A stretch of 64,000 nucleotides of DNA from an uncultured Thermoleophilia bacterium (GTDB taxonomy: Bacteria > Actinomycetota > Thermoleophilia > UBA2241). The stretch covers positions 306,008 to 370,007 of the forward strand of contig CAVPCT010000009.1 in the NCBI GenBank assembly GCA_963702475.1, in the 5' to 3' direction. Each line of letters starts with the position of its first letter. The stretch's first letter is position 1. The position numbers and the translations under genes are program-made. The notes under the pieces are model-generated. The model was given only the letters and a program-made list of their open reading frames with translations, made no database searches and was not told where the DNA came from. This document shows, one piece after another, positions 17,137-27,199 of this stretch.

Positions 17137-17368
17137 GCGCGTCGCGTGCGCGTGCTTTGTGTCTTACATTCTCGCTCTTGCATAGCGATACGAGCGGTGC
17201 TCAGGCGCCGATTGGCTGAAACCACCGAGACAGGGGTCAATTTGGGAGCTTTGGGAGGTTGCACTACCTGATCCATCCGTCCCGACCCCTGGACGTCGAC
17301 AGCTGAGACCTATCTATCGTGTGCACGAGTGAGTGCGGCACTGGCCGGGCGCGTCGCCCGGCCTTTTT
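17137..17368 (+). ncRNA. Rod-shaped structured RNA, probable 6S(-like) RNA
   Basis: Nested pairings CTCGCTC(17171)/GAGTGAG(17327), GCATAGCGATA/TATCGTGTGC, GGTGCTCAG/CTGAGACC and CAGGGGTC(17231)/GACCCCTG(17284) with an internal bubble. Own promoter and terminator; immediately upstream of rny. Confidence 0.6.
17343..17368 (+). terminator. Intrinsic terminator of the ncRNA
   Basis: GGCCGGGCG-CGT-CGCCCGGCC followed by TTTTT. Confidence 0.8.
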
Positions 17369-17398
17369 CGTGCCGCGTGACCTGCGAAGAGATAGGAC

Positions 17399-18934
17399 GT
17401 GATGATGATTGCCGTGTACATCGTGGTGGGCCTGGCGGTCGGCTTCGCGGTCGGCTACCTGGTCCGCCGCAACCTCGCCTCCAGCAAGCTGGCGGGGGCA
17501 GAGCGAGAAGCGGAGCGAACGCTACGCGAGGCCAGACGTGAGGCGGACACCCTTCTGAAGGAGGCGCGCCTCGAGGCCAAGGAAGAGGTGCACAAGGTAC
17601 GCAGCGAGGTCGAGGCAGAGCTGCGTGACCGGCGGGACGAGATCGCGAAGACCGAAGCACGCGTCCTGCAGCGCGAGGAGCAGCTTGACGCCCGCGCCGC
17701 CGAACAGGACCGTCGCGAGCAGTCCCTGCGCGACCGCGAGGCGAACTCGCAGCGCCTCGCCGACGAGCTGCAACTCGCCCACGACGAGGCCATGATCCAG
17801 CTCGAGCGCATCTCAGGCCTGAGTGCCGCGCAGGCCAAGGACATGCTCCTCAAACAGACCGAGGACGAGGCCCGCCACGAGATGGCCAAGCTCATCCGCC
17901 AGGTCGAGGAGGAGGCGCGCCGCGAGGCCGACCGGCGCGCCCGCAACGTCCTTTCGCTGAGCATCCAGCGCACGGCCGCCAACCACGTGGCCGAGACCAC
18001 CGTCTCCGTCGTCAACCTGCCGTCGGACGACATGAAGGGGCGCATCATCGGCCGCGAGGGTCGCAACATCCGCACCCTCGAGAACATCACCGGCATCGAC
18101 TTCATCATCGACGACACGCCCGAGGCCGTCGTGCTCTCCGGCTTCGACGGCGTGCGCCGCGAGACCGCCCGGCTCACCCTCAGCAAACTCATCACCGACG
18201 GGCGCATCCACCCGGCGCGCATCGAGGAGACCTACAACCAGGCCAAGGCCGAGGTGGAGGCCGCCATGGAAGAGGCCGGTGAACAGGCCTGCTTCGACAC
18301 CAACGTGCACGGCGTGGCGCCCGAGCTCGTCAAGGTCCTCGGGCGCCTCAAGTACCGCACCAGTTACGGCCAGAACGTGCTCAACCACTCCATCGAGGTC
18401 GCGCACCTCGCCGGCATCATGGCCGCGGAGCTCGGCGCCAACGTCAAGATCGCCAAACGCGCCGGCCTGCTGCACGACATCGGCAAGGCGGTCGACCACG
18501 AGGTCGACGGATCGCACGCCGACATCTCCAATCAGCTCTGCAAGAAGTACCGCGAGTCGCAGAGCGTGTGCCACGCCATCCAGGCGCACCACCAGGACAT
18601 CGAGCCGCAGACGGTCGAGGCCGTGATCGTCCAGGCCGCGGACGCCATCTCGGCGGCCCGCCCGGGGGCGCGCCGCGAGTCGCTGGAGAACTACATCCAG
18701 CGCCTGGAGGCCCTGGAGCACATCGCGGAGAGCAAGAAGGGCGTGGAGAAGTGCTTCGCCATGCAGGCGGGGCGCGAGGTGCGCGTGATGGTCAAGCCCG
18801 CCGAGATCGACGACGACACCACGGTGCTGCTGGCTCGCGAGATCGCTCGCGACATCGAGGACCAGCTCGACTACCCGGGGCAGATCCGCGTCACCGTCAT
18901 CCGCGAGAGCCGGGCCGTCGACATCGCGAAGTAA
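17399..18934 (+). CDS. rny: Ribonuclease Y
   Basis: N-terminal TM, coiled coil, KH domain ([13 protein letters not shown]), HD domain (LLHDIGK), [12 protein letters not shown]. Confidence 0.97.
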   Translation: MMMIAVYIVVGLAVGFAVGYLVRRNLASSKLAGAEREAERTLREARREADTLLKEARLEAKEEVHKVRSEVEAELRDRRDEIAKTEARVLQREEQLDARAAEQDRREQSLRDREANSQRLADELQLAHDEAMIQLERISGLSAAQAKDMLLKQTEDEARHEMAKLIRQVEEEARREADRRARNVLSLSIQRTAANHVAETTVSVVNLPSDDMKGRIIGREGRNIRTLENITGIDFIIDDTPEAVVLSGFDGVRRETARLTLSKLITDGRIHPARIEETYNQAKAEVEAAMEEAGEQACFDTNVHGVAPELVKVLGRLKYRTSYGQNVLNHSIEVAHLAGIMAAELGANVKIAKRAGLLHDIGKAVDHEVDGSHADISNQLCKKYRESQSVCHAIQAHHQDIEPQTVEAVIVQAADAISAARPGARRESLENYIQRLEALEHIAESKKGVEKCFAMQAGREVRVMVKPAEIDDDTTVLLAREIARDIEDQLDYPGQIRVTVIRESRAVDIAK

Positions 18935-18970
18935 GGCGCGCCGTCGGCGCGCCCATCGCGAGAGGCCACG

Positions 18971-20290
18971 ATGAGCGGCACGTACTACCTGCGCTCGTTC
19001 GGGTGCCAGATGAACGAGCACGACGCCGAGCGCATCCGCGCGCTCCTCGAGGGGCGCGGCCTCGAGCAGACGGCCGCGCCCGACGACGCCGATGTGCTCG
19101 TGTTCAACACGTGCACGGTGCGCAAGAGCGCGGACGACCGCCTGGCCGGACACCTGGGCACCGCGGCCCGGCTCAAGCGGGAGCGCCCGGGCCGCATCGT
19201 GCTCGTGACCGGCTGCCTGCCGCAGGCGGAGCAGGCAGGCTTCTTCGCGCGCTTCCCGTTCGTGGACGGAGCCCTGGGGCCGCAGAACCTGCACCGCCTG
19301 CCCGAGCTTCTGGATGTGGCCGTGGAGCCCGCCGGCCGGCCGGTCGGGTTCTTCGACGACGGACCGGCGATGAGCGGCGACCTGGCCGCGCGGCGCGAGC
19401 GCCCGTACCAGGCCTGGGTGCAGATCATGAGCGGCTGCACCAACTACTGCTCGTACTGCATCGTGCCCTACGTGCGCGGGCCCGAGCGCAGCCGCGAGCC
19501 GGAGAGGGTGGTGGCCGAGGTGCGCGACCTCGTGGCCGACGGTGTGCGCGAGGTCACCCTCCTCGGCCAGAACGTCAACTCCTACGGGCTTGACCTGCCG
19601 GCGGCGGGGAGTGGGGAGGCGCCGGACTTCCCGGCTCTGCTCCGCGCCCTCGACGAGATCCCCGGCCTCGGCCGCGTGCGTTTCATGACGTCACACCCCA
19701 AAGACCTCTCCGACGGTCTGGTGCGCGCCATCGCCGAGCTGCCGAGCGTGTGCGAGCACGTGCATCTGCCGGCGCAGTCGGGAGACGATCGCATCCTGGC
19801 CGCCATGAACAGGGGCTACAGCGCCGCCGAGTACCTGGGCCGCGTGCGCGCGCTGCGCGAGGCCGCCCCCGACCTCTCGCTGACCACCGATCTCATCGCC
19901 GGCTTCCCCGGCGAGACCGAGGTGGAGTTCGAGCGCACGCTGCAGCTGGTCCGCGAAGCCGCCTTCGACGCCGCGTTCACCTTCGTGTTCTCGCCCCGGG
20001 ACGGCACGGCCGCTGCGACCTTGCCCCATCAGGTGCCGGATGACGTCAAGCGCGACCGCGTGGAGCGCCTCATCGCGCTCACCCAGAAGCTGGCTCTGGC
20101 CTCGCGCACGCGCTGGGTCGGACGCCGCGCCGAGATCCTCATCGAGGGTGCCAGCCGGGACGGCCGGCTGCTGCGTGGGCGCACCCGCCAGAACGTCACT
20201 GTGAACGTCGACGGTGCTGCGGAGCCCGGTGCTATAGTGGAGACACGCATCACCGCGGCGACCTCGACCACGCTGCGCGGCACGATCTGA
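18971..20290 (+). CDS. miaB: tRNA-2-methylthio-N6-dimethylallyladenosine synthase
   Basis: FGCQMN.HD.E, NTCTVR, GCTNYCSYC radical-SAM motif, LLGQNVNSYG, C-terminal TRAM domain. Confidence 0.95.
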   Translation: MSGTYYLRSFGCQMNEHDAERIRALLEGRGLEQTAAPDDADVLVFNTCTVRKSADDRLAGHLGTAARLKRERPGRIVLVTGCLPQAEQAGFFARFPFVDGALGPQNLHRLPELLDVAVEPAGRPVGFFDDGPAMSGDLAARRERPYQAWVQIMSGCTNYCSYCIVPYVRGPERSREPERVVAEVRDLVADGVREVTLLGQNVNSYGLDLPAAGSGEAPDFPALLRALDEIPGLGRVRFMTSHPKDLSDGLVRAIAELPSVCEHVHLPAQSGDDRILAAMNRGYSAAEYLGRVRALREAAPDLSLTTDLIAGFPGETEVEFERTLQLVREAAFDAAFTFVFSPRDGTAAATLPHQVPDDVKRDRVERLIALTQKLALASRTRWVGRRAEILIEGASRDGRLLRGRTRQNVTVNVDGAAEPGAIVETRITAATSTTLRGTI

Positions 20291-20314
20291 CGGCGGACGC
20301 AGGAGGTGCCCACC

Positions 20315-21109
20315 ATGCAGGGCTGCATCTGTCCCCACCCTCCGTTGCTCATTCCCGAGGTCGGCGGCTCTTCCATCCGCAGGGTCGCAGCCACGAAACA
20401 GGCCCTGGAGCGACTCGCCGAGCTCGTCGGGGAGCCCGAGACCGCGGTCGTCATCTCGCCGCACACCGACGGGTACGGCGACGCCCACGTGGTGCGCACG
20501 GCGCCCAGGCTGCACGGTGACTTCGGGCGCTTCCGCCGTCCGGAGGCCGCCTTCAGCTACGACAACGACCTCCCTTTCGCGGAGTTGCTCCTGGCCCTCG
20601 CCGGTGACTCGAAGAAACTCCGCGTCGTGCCCGACGACGGCGACGTGCTCGACTGGGGCGTGCTCGTGCCGCTCAGCTTCCTGCGGGTGCAGCGCGTCGT
20701 CTCTCTCTCCATCGTCAGCTCCTACAGCGAGCACCGCGCTCTGGGCCAGCTCGTGCGCAGGTGCGCGGAGGAATTGGGACGCGACACGCTGTTCCTCGCT
20801 TCGGGCGACCTCTCGCACGCCCTCACGCACGACGCGCCGGCGCCGTACGACCCGCGCGGCAAGCTGTTCGACGACGAGGTCGTGAGACTGATGCGCAGCG
20901 GCGACTTCGTCGGCCTGAGCATGATGGACCCCATCCTGCTCGAAGGCGCAGCCGAGTGCGGCCTGCGCAGCTTCATCACCCTGGGAGGCTTTCTCGGCGA
21001 CGACGCCACAGCCGACCCCAAGGTCCTGAGCTACGAAGGACCGTTCGGCGTGGGGTACCTCGTGGCCCACTTCGGCAAGCCGCCGGTCACGGCCGAGCCG
21101 GCTCCGTGA
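20315..21109 (+). CDS. AmmeMemoRadiSam system protein B-type (LigB/MEMO-like dioxygenase fold)
   Basis: CPHPPLLIPEVG, ISPH, LDWGVLVPL, ASGDLSH, ECGLRS, YEGPFGVGY. Confidence 0.85.
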   Translation: MQGCICPHPPLLIPEVGGSSIRRVAATKQALERLAELVGEPETAVVISPHTDGYGDAHVVRTAPRLHGDFGRFRRPEAAFSYDNDLPFAELLLALAGDSKKLRVVPDDGDVLDWGVLVPLSFLRVQRVVSLSIVSSYSEHRALGQLVRRCAEELGRDTLFLASGDLSHALTHDAPAPYDPRGKLFDDEVVRLMRSGDFVGLSMMDPILLEGAAECGLRSFITLGGFLGDDATADPKVLSYEGPFGVGYLVAHFGKPPVTAEPAP

Positions 21110-21693
21110 ACAGGCACGCCGGCGAGGGAGAAGCCCACGGCGGATCCCTCGGCGACGAGCGCGTCGAGGGCCCGGCCGACTACGCGCGAGCCTGCGTGGC
21201 CGCGCACGTCACCGGCAGACGCGTGCCGGAGCCGCCGGACCACCCGCTGTACGGGCGTCCGGCGGCCTGCTTCGTCTCGCTGAAGGAGCACGGTGACCTG
21301 CGCGGATGTATCGGGACGCTGGAACCGGCCGAGGCGTCGCTCGGCCGGGAGATCGTGCGCAACGCCTACTCGGCGGCACTGTGCGACCCGCGCTTCTTCC
21401 GCGTGCGACCGGAGGAGCTCACGCTGCTCACCTTCTCGGTGGACGTGCTCAGCCCCAGCGAGCCGTGCGCGCAGGCCGACCTCGACCCGAGAGCCTACGG
21501 CGTCATCGTGCGCTGCGGGAGCCGGCGCGGCGTGCTGCTGCCGGACCTCGAGGGCATCGACGCCGTCGAGCAGCAGGTCGCGATCGCCCTGCAGAAAGCC
21601 GGCATCCTGCCCACTGAGCCGTACGACATCGAGCGGTTCACCGTCGCACGCTACCGGGAGGGCGACCCGCCGCGGGCGGACGACGCGGCGTGA
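21106..21693 (+). CDS. AmmeMemoRadiSam system protein A (AMMECR1 domain)
   Basis: ACFVSLK..GDLRGCIGT, NAYSAALCDPRF, SVDVLS, GVLLPDLEG; GTG overlaps the upstream TGA. Confidence 0.88.
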   Translation: MNRHAGEGEAHGGSLGDERVEGPADYARACVAAHVTGRRVPEPPDHPLYGRPAACFVSLKEHGDLRGCIGTLEPAEASLGREIVRNAYSAALCDPRFFRVRPEELTLLTFSVDVLSPSEPCAQADLDPRAYGVIVRCGSRRGVLLPDLEGIDAVEQQVAIALQKAGILPTEPYDIERFTVARYREGDPPRADDAA

Positions 21694-22652
21694 CCCGGCC
21701 CGGCGCCGGCGAGAGCCCTGTGGTCGAGGCGCCACCCGTCCTCGCACTGTTCGGGGCCACGGCGCTCGGCAAGTCGGCCGTCGCCGACTGTCTCGCCGCG
21801 CACCTCGACGCAGCTATCGTCGTGGCCGACTCCATGCAGGTCTACCGAGGCCTCGCCATCGTCACCAACCAGCCTGCTCCTGACGCCCTGCCGCAACGAC
21901 ATCTCGTGGGCTTCGTGGCGCCGCAGGCCGAGTGCGCGGTTGCGGACTACGCGCGGAAGGCGCACCGGGTCATAGACGCTCTCCGAGCCGAAGGCAGGGC
22001 AGTCATCGTCGAGGGTGGCTCCGGTCTCTACGTGCGTGCGGCACTCGGCGACCTCGCCTTCTCCGAGGCGCCGGAACCGGCCCTGCGGCGCGCGCTGGAG
22101 GAGCGCTGGAAGAGCGATCCCGGCAGCGTGCTCGACGAGCTCAGGCTCCGCGACCCGCGGACGTATGCGCGCGTGGACGTCGCGAACCCGCGGCGCGTGG
22201 TCCGCGCCCTCGAGTCCGTGCTGCTGCGCGGCGGCCCGCTGCCGTGGGACGCCGGCACGCACCTGTGGAGGGCGGGGGAGCGCTACCCGCACGTGCTCGC
22301 CGCGCTGGTCCCGGACCAGGATCGCGCGGCGCTGCGCGAGCGCATCGACAGGCGCGTCGAGGAGATGCTGCGCCGCGGCGCCCTGGAGGAGGTCCGCGCC
22401 GCTCGCGAGGCGGGGCCGTTCTCGCGGACCGTCGAACAGGCCATCGGCGTCCGCGAGCTCTGCGCCGTCCTCGACGGCGAGCTCTCCCTTGAGGACGCGG
22501 CGGCGCGCATGAAGACCAGGACCCGGGCCCTGGCGCGCCGTCAGCTCACCTGGATGCGCAAGCTGCCGGAGGCCGCCCTCGTGCCTGCGGCGGAGCGGCC
22601 TCCCGAGCAGGTGGCCGCCGCGGTACTCGCTCTGCTGCCACGCGGTGCGTGA
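21690..22652 (+). CDS. miaA: tRNA dimethylallyltransferase
   Basis: GATALGKS, ADSMQVYRGL.IVT, GGSGLYV, QAIG, ARRQLTW. Confidence 0.95.
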   Translation: MTRPGAGESPVVEAPPVLALFGATALGKSAVADCLAAHLDAAIVVADSMQVYRGLAIVTNQPAPDALPQRHLVGFVAPQAECAVADYARKAHRVIDALRAEGRAVIVEGGSGLYVRAALGDLAFSEAPEPALRRALEERWKSDPGSVLDELRLRDPRTYARVDVANPRRVVRALESVLLRGGPLPWDAGTHLWRAGERYPHVLAALVPDQDRAALRERIDRRVEEMLRRGALEEVRAAREAGPFSRTVEQAIGVRELCAVLDGELSLEDAAARMKTRTRALARRQLTWMRKLPEAALVPAAERPPEQVAAAVLALLPRGA

Positions 22653-22724
22653 TAAGATTCGCGCTCCGGCGCGCCGCGACCGCGGCGGCCTCTTCGCACA
22701 GGGGGTCGGGCGAGTGACGCCAGC

Positions 22725-23580
22725 ATGGCAGGGCCTGGGCAAGGTCCAGTTCTCCAAGTGGCAGGGCCTCGGCAACAACTACATCGTGATGCACGAGGAG
22801 CAGCTCCCGTTCGAGCTCACGCCCCAGCGCGTCCGTTTGCTGTGCGACCGCAACGTGGGTATCGGCTCCGACGGCATCATGCTCATCGGGGAGCAGACCG
22901 GAGAGGCGCGCTGGAAGGTCCGCATCTTCAACCCCGACGGCAGCGAGGCGGAGATGTGCGGTAACGGCGTGCGCATGGTCGCGCGCAAGTTGCAGATGGA
23001 AGGGTCCATCGTCGACACCGTCGTCCTCGAGACGGCTGCGGGTGAGATCGTCCCGAGACTGGGAGACGGCTTCCAGGTCACCGTCGACATGGGCGTGGCC
23101 CGCTTCGGTGGCGAGAAGCTCAACGGGTTCGAGGGCGACTGCGTGGAGCAGTCGCTGCATGCTGCGGGCCGCAACTTCACCTTCACCTTCGTGGACGTAG
23201 GCAACCCGCACGCGGTCATACAGTCGCCGTGGCCGCTGGAGCTCGTCCCGCTGCACGAGATAGGCCCCATGATCGAGGAGCACAAGTACTTTCCGCGCAA
23301 GGCCAACGTGGAGTTCGTCAAGGTCGTGAGCCGGCACGAGGCCAAGGTGCGCGTCTGGGAGCGGGGCGTGGGGGAGACCAGGGCGTGCGGGACAGGCGCC
23401 ACGGCGACCGCCGTCGCCCTGGTACGTACCGGCCAGTGCGACACGCCCGTCACGGTCGAGCTGCCCGGCGGCAAGCTGGTCGTTGACGTGGCCGACGACT
23501 GTCGCGTGCACATGACCGGGCCCGCAGAAGAGATCTACCACGGCGACCTCTCCCGGGAGTTCCTTGCCCACCTGGAGTAG
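22725..23580 (+). CDS. dapF: Diaminopimelate epimerase (start probably ATG 22725 with one surplus G at about 22731)
   Basis: FSKWQGLGNNY, GIGSDG, NPDGSEAEMCGNG, VGNPH, ERGVGETRACGTGA. Removing one G from ATGGCAGGG yields MAGLGKVQFSK. Stop is TAG. Confidence 0.93.
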
Positions 23581-23583
23581 CGG

Positions 23584-24747
23584 ATGAAGTTCTCACAGCG
23601 AGTCGAAGGCCTGCCGCCGTACCTGTTCGCCGGCATCGAGCGACAGATCGCGGAGCGCCGAGCCCGCGGCCTCGACGTCATCAGCCTGGGCATCGGCGAT
23701 CCCGACCTGCCCACGCCGCCTCACGTCGTCGAGGCGCTCGCCGAGGCCGCACGAGATCCGGCCGTGCACCAGTACCCCAGCAACCAGGGGGAGCAGGGCT
23801 TTCGCGAGGCGGTCGCTTCCTTCTACGGCTCGCGCTTCGGCGTCGAGGTGCACCCGGCCACAGAGATCGTCCCGCTGCTGGGCGCCAAAGAGGGGATAGC
23901 CCACATCGGCCTCGCCCTGCTCGATGTGGGCGACGTGGCCCTCGCCGCCGACCCCGGCTACCCCGTGTACGTCACAGGTCCCCTGCTGGCCGACGGCGTC
24001 GCCGTGCCGGTGCCGCTCATCCCCGAACTGGGCTTCCAGCCCGACCTGGGGACGATCCCCGCCGAGACGGCGGAGAAGGCCAAGCTCATCTTCGTGAGCT
24101 ATCCCAACAATCCCACCGGAGCGGTGATCGAGGACGACTTCTTCTCCCGCCTCGTCGGCTGGGCCAAGGCCCATGACGTCGTGGTGGTCCACGACAACGC
24201 CTACGCAGACATCACCTACGACGGCTACGTGGCGCCGAGCTTTCTCGCGACGCCTGGGGCCTTGGAGGTCGGTGTCGAGATGTTCAGCCTGTCGAAGAGC
24301 TACAACATGACCGGCTGGCGGTCGGGCGCCATCGTGGGCAACGCCGAGATCGTCGACGCGTTCTGGCGGCTGAAGACGAACATGGATTCGGGCATGTTCG
24401 GCGCCGTGCAGCGGGCCAGCGCCGTGGCTCTGTCGAGCTCGCAGGACTGCGTGCGCGAGATGTGCCGCGTGTACGCGAGGCGGCGCGACCTGCTGGTCGA
24501 GGCCCTGCGGTCGCTCGGCATGCACGTGGACCCGCCCAAGGGGACCATCTACCTGTGGGCGCCGGTGCCGGACGGGTATACGTCGGCGAGCTTCACCGAG
24601 ACGGTGCTCGAGCAGGCCGACGTGGTGGTCACGCCGGGGGCCGCCTACGGCGCCGCCGGCGAGGGCTACGTGCGCCTGTCGCTGACGATCGCCGACGAGC
24701 GCCTCGAAGAGGCCGTCCGCCGCATCGAGGAGCGGGTACGACTCTAG
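23584..24747 (+). CDS. dapL: LL-diaminopimelate aminotransferase
   Basis: LPPYLFA, SLGIGDPD, GAKEGIAH, YPNNPTG, HDNAY, SLSKSYNMTGWR; next to dapF. Confidence 0.85.
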   Translation: MKFSQRVEGLPPYLFAGIERQIAERRARGLDVISLGIGDPDLPTPPHVVEALAEAARDPAVHQYPSNQGEQGFREAVASFYGSRFGVEVHPATEIVPLLGAKEGIAHIGLALLDVGDVALAADPGYPVYVTGPLLADGVAVPVPLIPELGFQPDLGTIPAETAEKAKLIFVSYPNNPTGAVIEDDFFSRLVGWAKAHDVVVVHDNAYADITYDGYVAPSFLATPGALEVGVEMFSLSKSYNMTGWRSGAIVGNAEIVDAFWRLKTNMDSGMFGAVQRASAVALSSSQDCVREMCRVYARRRDLLVEALRSLGMHVDPPKGTIYLWAPVPDGYTSASFTETVLEQADVVVTPGAAYGAAGEGYVRLSLTIADERLEEAVRRIEERVRL

Positions 24748-24784
24748 ACGAGCCTCCACAGGACGGCGCCTCCCGCAGGCCCGC

Positions 24785-26116
24785 ATGAGCGACGGCACCC
24801 ACATCACTGAGACCGGCGCCACCGAGACGCGACCCCGCGCCGTGGTCTTCGCCGTGGTGCCGGGCGGCGCCGGCGAGCCCGGAGAGGCCGAGCCGCTCAA
24901 CGAGATCAAGGAGCTGCTGAGTTCGGCGGACATGGACTGGGTGGCCGACGTGATCCAGCACAAGGAGCGGCCACACCCGCACTCGTACCTCGGCAAGGGC
25001 AAGCTGGACGACCTCAAGCGGGCGGTCGAGGAGACCGGCGCCACCGTGGCCGTGTGCGAGGACGACCTGAGCCCCGGGCAGGTGGCGGCGGTGCTCGACG
25101 CGATCGACGCCGACGTGCTCGACCGTACCGAGCTCATCCTCACGGTGTTCAGCAAGCACGCCCACTCGCTGGAGGGCACCCTGCAGGTGCACCTGGCGCA
25201 ACTCGAGTACGAGCTCACGCGAATGCGCGGCAAGGGCATGATCCTGTCGCGCCTGGGCGCCGGTGTGGACATGCGCGGTCCCGGCGAGACCAAGCTGGAG
25301 GTCGACCGTCGCGTGGTGCGCAAGCGCATCCAGACGCTGCGTGCGCGCATCGACCACATGGCCCGCACCCGCCGTACCCAACGGGCGCGACGTCTGCGCG
25401 CGGCGGTCCCGCTCATCGCGCTCGCCGGGTACACGAACGCCGGCAAGTCCACTCTGCTCAACGCCCTGACAGACGCGAGCGTGCCCGTGCGGGACCGCCT
25501 CTTCGAGACGCTCGACCCGACGTCGCGGTCCTATCGTTACCGCGACCGCGACTACGTGCTCACCGACACCGTCGGCTTCATCAGGAAGCTCCCTCACCAA
25601 CTGGTCGACGCGTTCGCCAGCACGCTCGAGGAGACCACCCTCGCCGACGTGGTCCTCGTGGTGGCCGACGCGCACCTGGAGGCCTCGGAGGTCGCGGTGC
25701 GGCAGCAGACGGTGGCCGAGGTGCTCGACGAGCTGGGGGCGACGGCGCCGCGATTGCTCGTCTTCAACAAGACCGACCTGGCCGACGAAGGCAAGCTCGC
25801 GCGCCTGCGGGCGCTCTACCCGGAAGCAGAGTTCATCGCCGCGGCCAGTGGCGAGGGCCTGGAGCGCCTCCAGGAGCGGCTGACGGCCTTCTTCGACCGC
25901 GCCCTGCGACCCGTACGGCTCCTGTTCCCGTATGCAGACGCCGCCGAGATGCATCGCCTGCGCGGCGTGGCCAGCAATGTACGCGAGGAGCACACACCCG
26001 AGGGCGTCGTGTTCACGGCCCGCCTCCCGGTAGCGGAGGCGGCGCGGTACGCGCGCTACGCGGTCGACCGCGCGCCCGGCGACGACAACGACGACACGCA
26101 CGAGTACTCCCCGTGA
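24785..26116 (+). CDS. hflX: GTPase HflX
   Basis: GKGKL, DRTELIL, GPGETKLE.DRR, GYTNAGKSTL, DTVGFI, NKTD. Confidence 0.96.
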   Translation: MSDGTHITETGATETRPRAVVFAVVPGGAGEPGEAEPLNEIKELLSSADMDWVADVIQHKERPHPHSYLGKGKLDDLKRAVEETGATVAVCEDDLSPGQVAAVLDAIDADVLDRTELILTVFSKHAHSLEGTLQVHLAQLEYELTRMRGKGMILSRLGAGVDMRGPGETKLEVDRRVVRKRIQTLRARIDHMARTRRTQRARRLRAAVPLIALAGYTNAGKSTLLNALTDASVPVRDRLFETLDPTSRSYRYRDRDYVLTDTVGFIRKLPHQLVDAFASTLEETTLADVVLVVADAHLEASEVAVRQQTVAEVLDELGATAPRLLVFNKTDLADEGKLARLRALYPEAEFIAAASGEGLERLQERLTAFFDRALRPVRLLFPYADAAEMHRLRGVASNVREEHTPEGVVFTARLPVAEAARYARYAVDRAPGDDNDDTHEYSP

Positions 26117-26589
26117 GCAGCGACCCGCGCTCCGGTGAGCTCGGCGGCCCCAGCGCCGCGGTGGTCCCGGTCAGGCTGCTCTCGCCCGAAGCCTCGCTAC
26201 CCACGCGCGCCTACGAGCACGACGCCGCCTACGACCTCTGCGCGGCCGAGGAGCTCGTGATCGAGCCGCTCGGCCGCGCGGTGGTCGGCACCGGCGTCGC
26301 CCTCGGCCTGCCGCCCCACCTCGCCGCCCTCACGTTGCCGCGCTCCGGGCTGGCGGCCCGTCACGGCATCTCGATCGTCAACGCTCCCGGCCTCATAGAC
26401 CCCGGGTACCGCGGTGAGCTCCGTATCGTCCTCCTCAACACCGATCGAAACGAGGCCTTTCCTGTGCGGCTCGGCGACCGCATCGCCCAGTTGCTGTTCT
26501 TGAGCCTCACGGACGTCACCTTGGCCACTGCAGATGATCTCGAGGACACGCGCCGGGGGGCTCGCGGCTTCGGCTCCAGCGGTCGCTGA
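26113..26589 (+). CDS. dut: dUTP diphosphatase
   Basis: AAYDL, PRSGLA, NAPGLIDPGYRGE, GDRIAQL, RGARGFGSSG. Confidence 0.95.
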   Translation: MSSDPRSGELGGPSAAVVPVRLLSPEASLPTRAYEHDAAYDLCAAEELVIEPLGRAVVGTGVALGLPPHLAALTLPRSGLAARHGISIVNAPGLIDPGYRGELRIVLLNTDRNEAFPVRLGDRIAQLLFLSLTDVTLATADDLEDTRRGARGFGSSGR

Positions 26590-26692
26590 CGGCCGGGAGG
26601 TACGCTCGGCTCGTTGACTGCGCATCGCCTCGCCAGTAGTCTGTCGGTTCATCGGGCTGCGCTCGGCAGTCTTGGGGGGTAGGGGGAAGAAC

Positions 26693-27199
26693 ATGACGCA
26701 GCAGGAAGCGGAGCGTCCTGAGTCTGCTCGAGATCCGGCGCCCGACGTGACGGCGTCGCCAGACAAGCCTACTATACGTGTAGCAGGCCTCTTGGTGCAC
26801 GACGGCCGCATCCTGATGGTCGAGCAGGGCAGGGAGGGGGAGAGGTACTGGCTCCTCCCCGGCGGCGGCGTGCGCTTTGGCGAGACCCTCTCCGACGCCC
26901 TTCGCCGCGAGTTCATCGAGGAGCTCGGCATCCGCGTCGGCGTCTCCAAGCTGCTCGCCATCGTCGAGTCCGTCTCACCCGATCCGAGTTACCTCAAGCA
27001 CGTCGTGCACCTTGTCTTCGAGGTGTCCGCACCGTTCGACTCCGACCCTGAGCCGCACGACCCGAAGGTGCTCTCGGCAGCGTTCCTCGACGAGCTCCAG
27101 CTTCAGCGCATAGACGTGCGCCCGCCGATCACCGAGTTCCTCAGCGGCTGTGTCCGCGAGTTGCCGTCCTCGCCCCAGTATCTCGGGCGCCGCTGGTAG
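26693..27199 (+). CDS. NUDIX hydrolase
   Basis: WLLPGGGVRFGETLSDALRREFIEELG Nudix box. Confidence 0.9.
   Translation: MTQQEAERPESARDPAPDVTASPDKPTIRVAGLLVHDGRILMVEQGREGERYWLLPGGGVRFGETLSDALRREFIEELGIRVGVSKLLAIVESVSPDPSYLKHVVHLVFEVSAPFDSDPEPHDPKVLSAAFLDELQLQRIDVRPPITEFLSGCVRELPSSPQYLGRRW

Noticed and set aside
22645-22780. Apparent N-terminal duplication WQGLG...WQGLG in DapF
   Set aside because: Better explained by one surplus G after ATG 22725, which gives the normal start MAGLGKVQFSKWQGLGN.
24745-24810. dapL-hflX fusion by amber read-through
   Set aside because: hflX is in a different frame; read-through ends at a TGA about 20 codons later.
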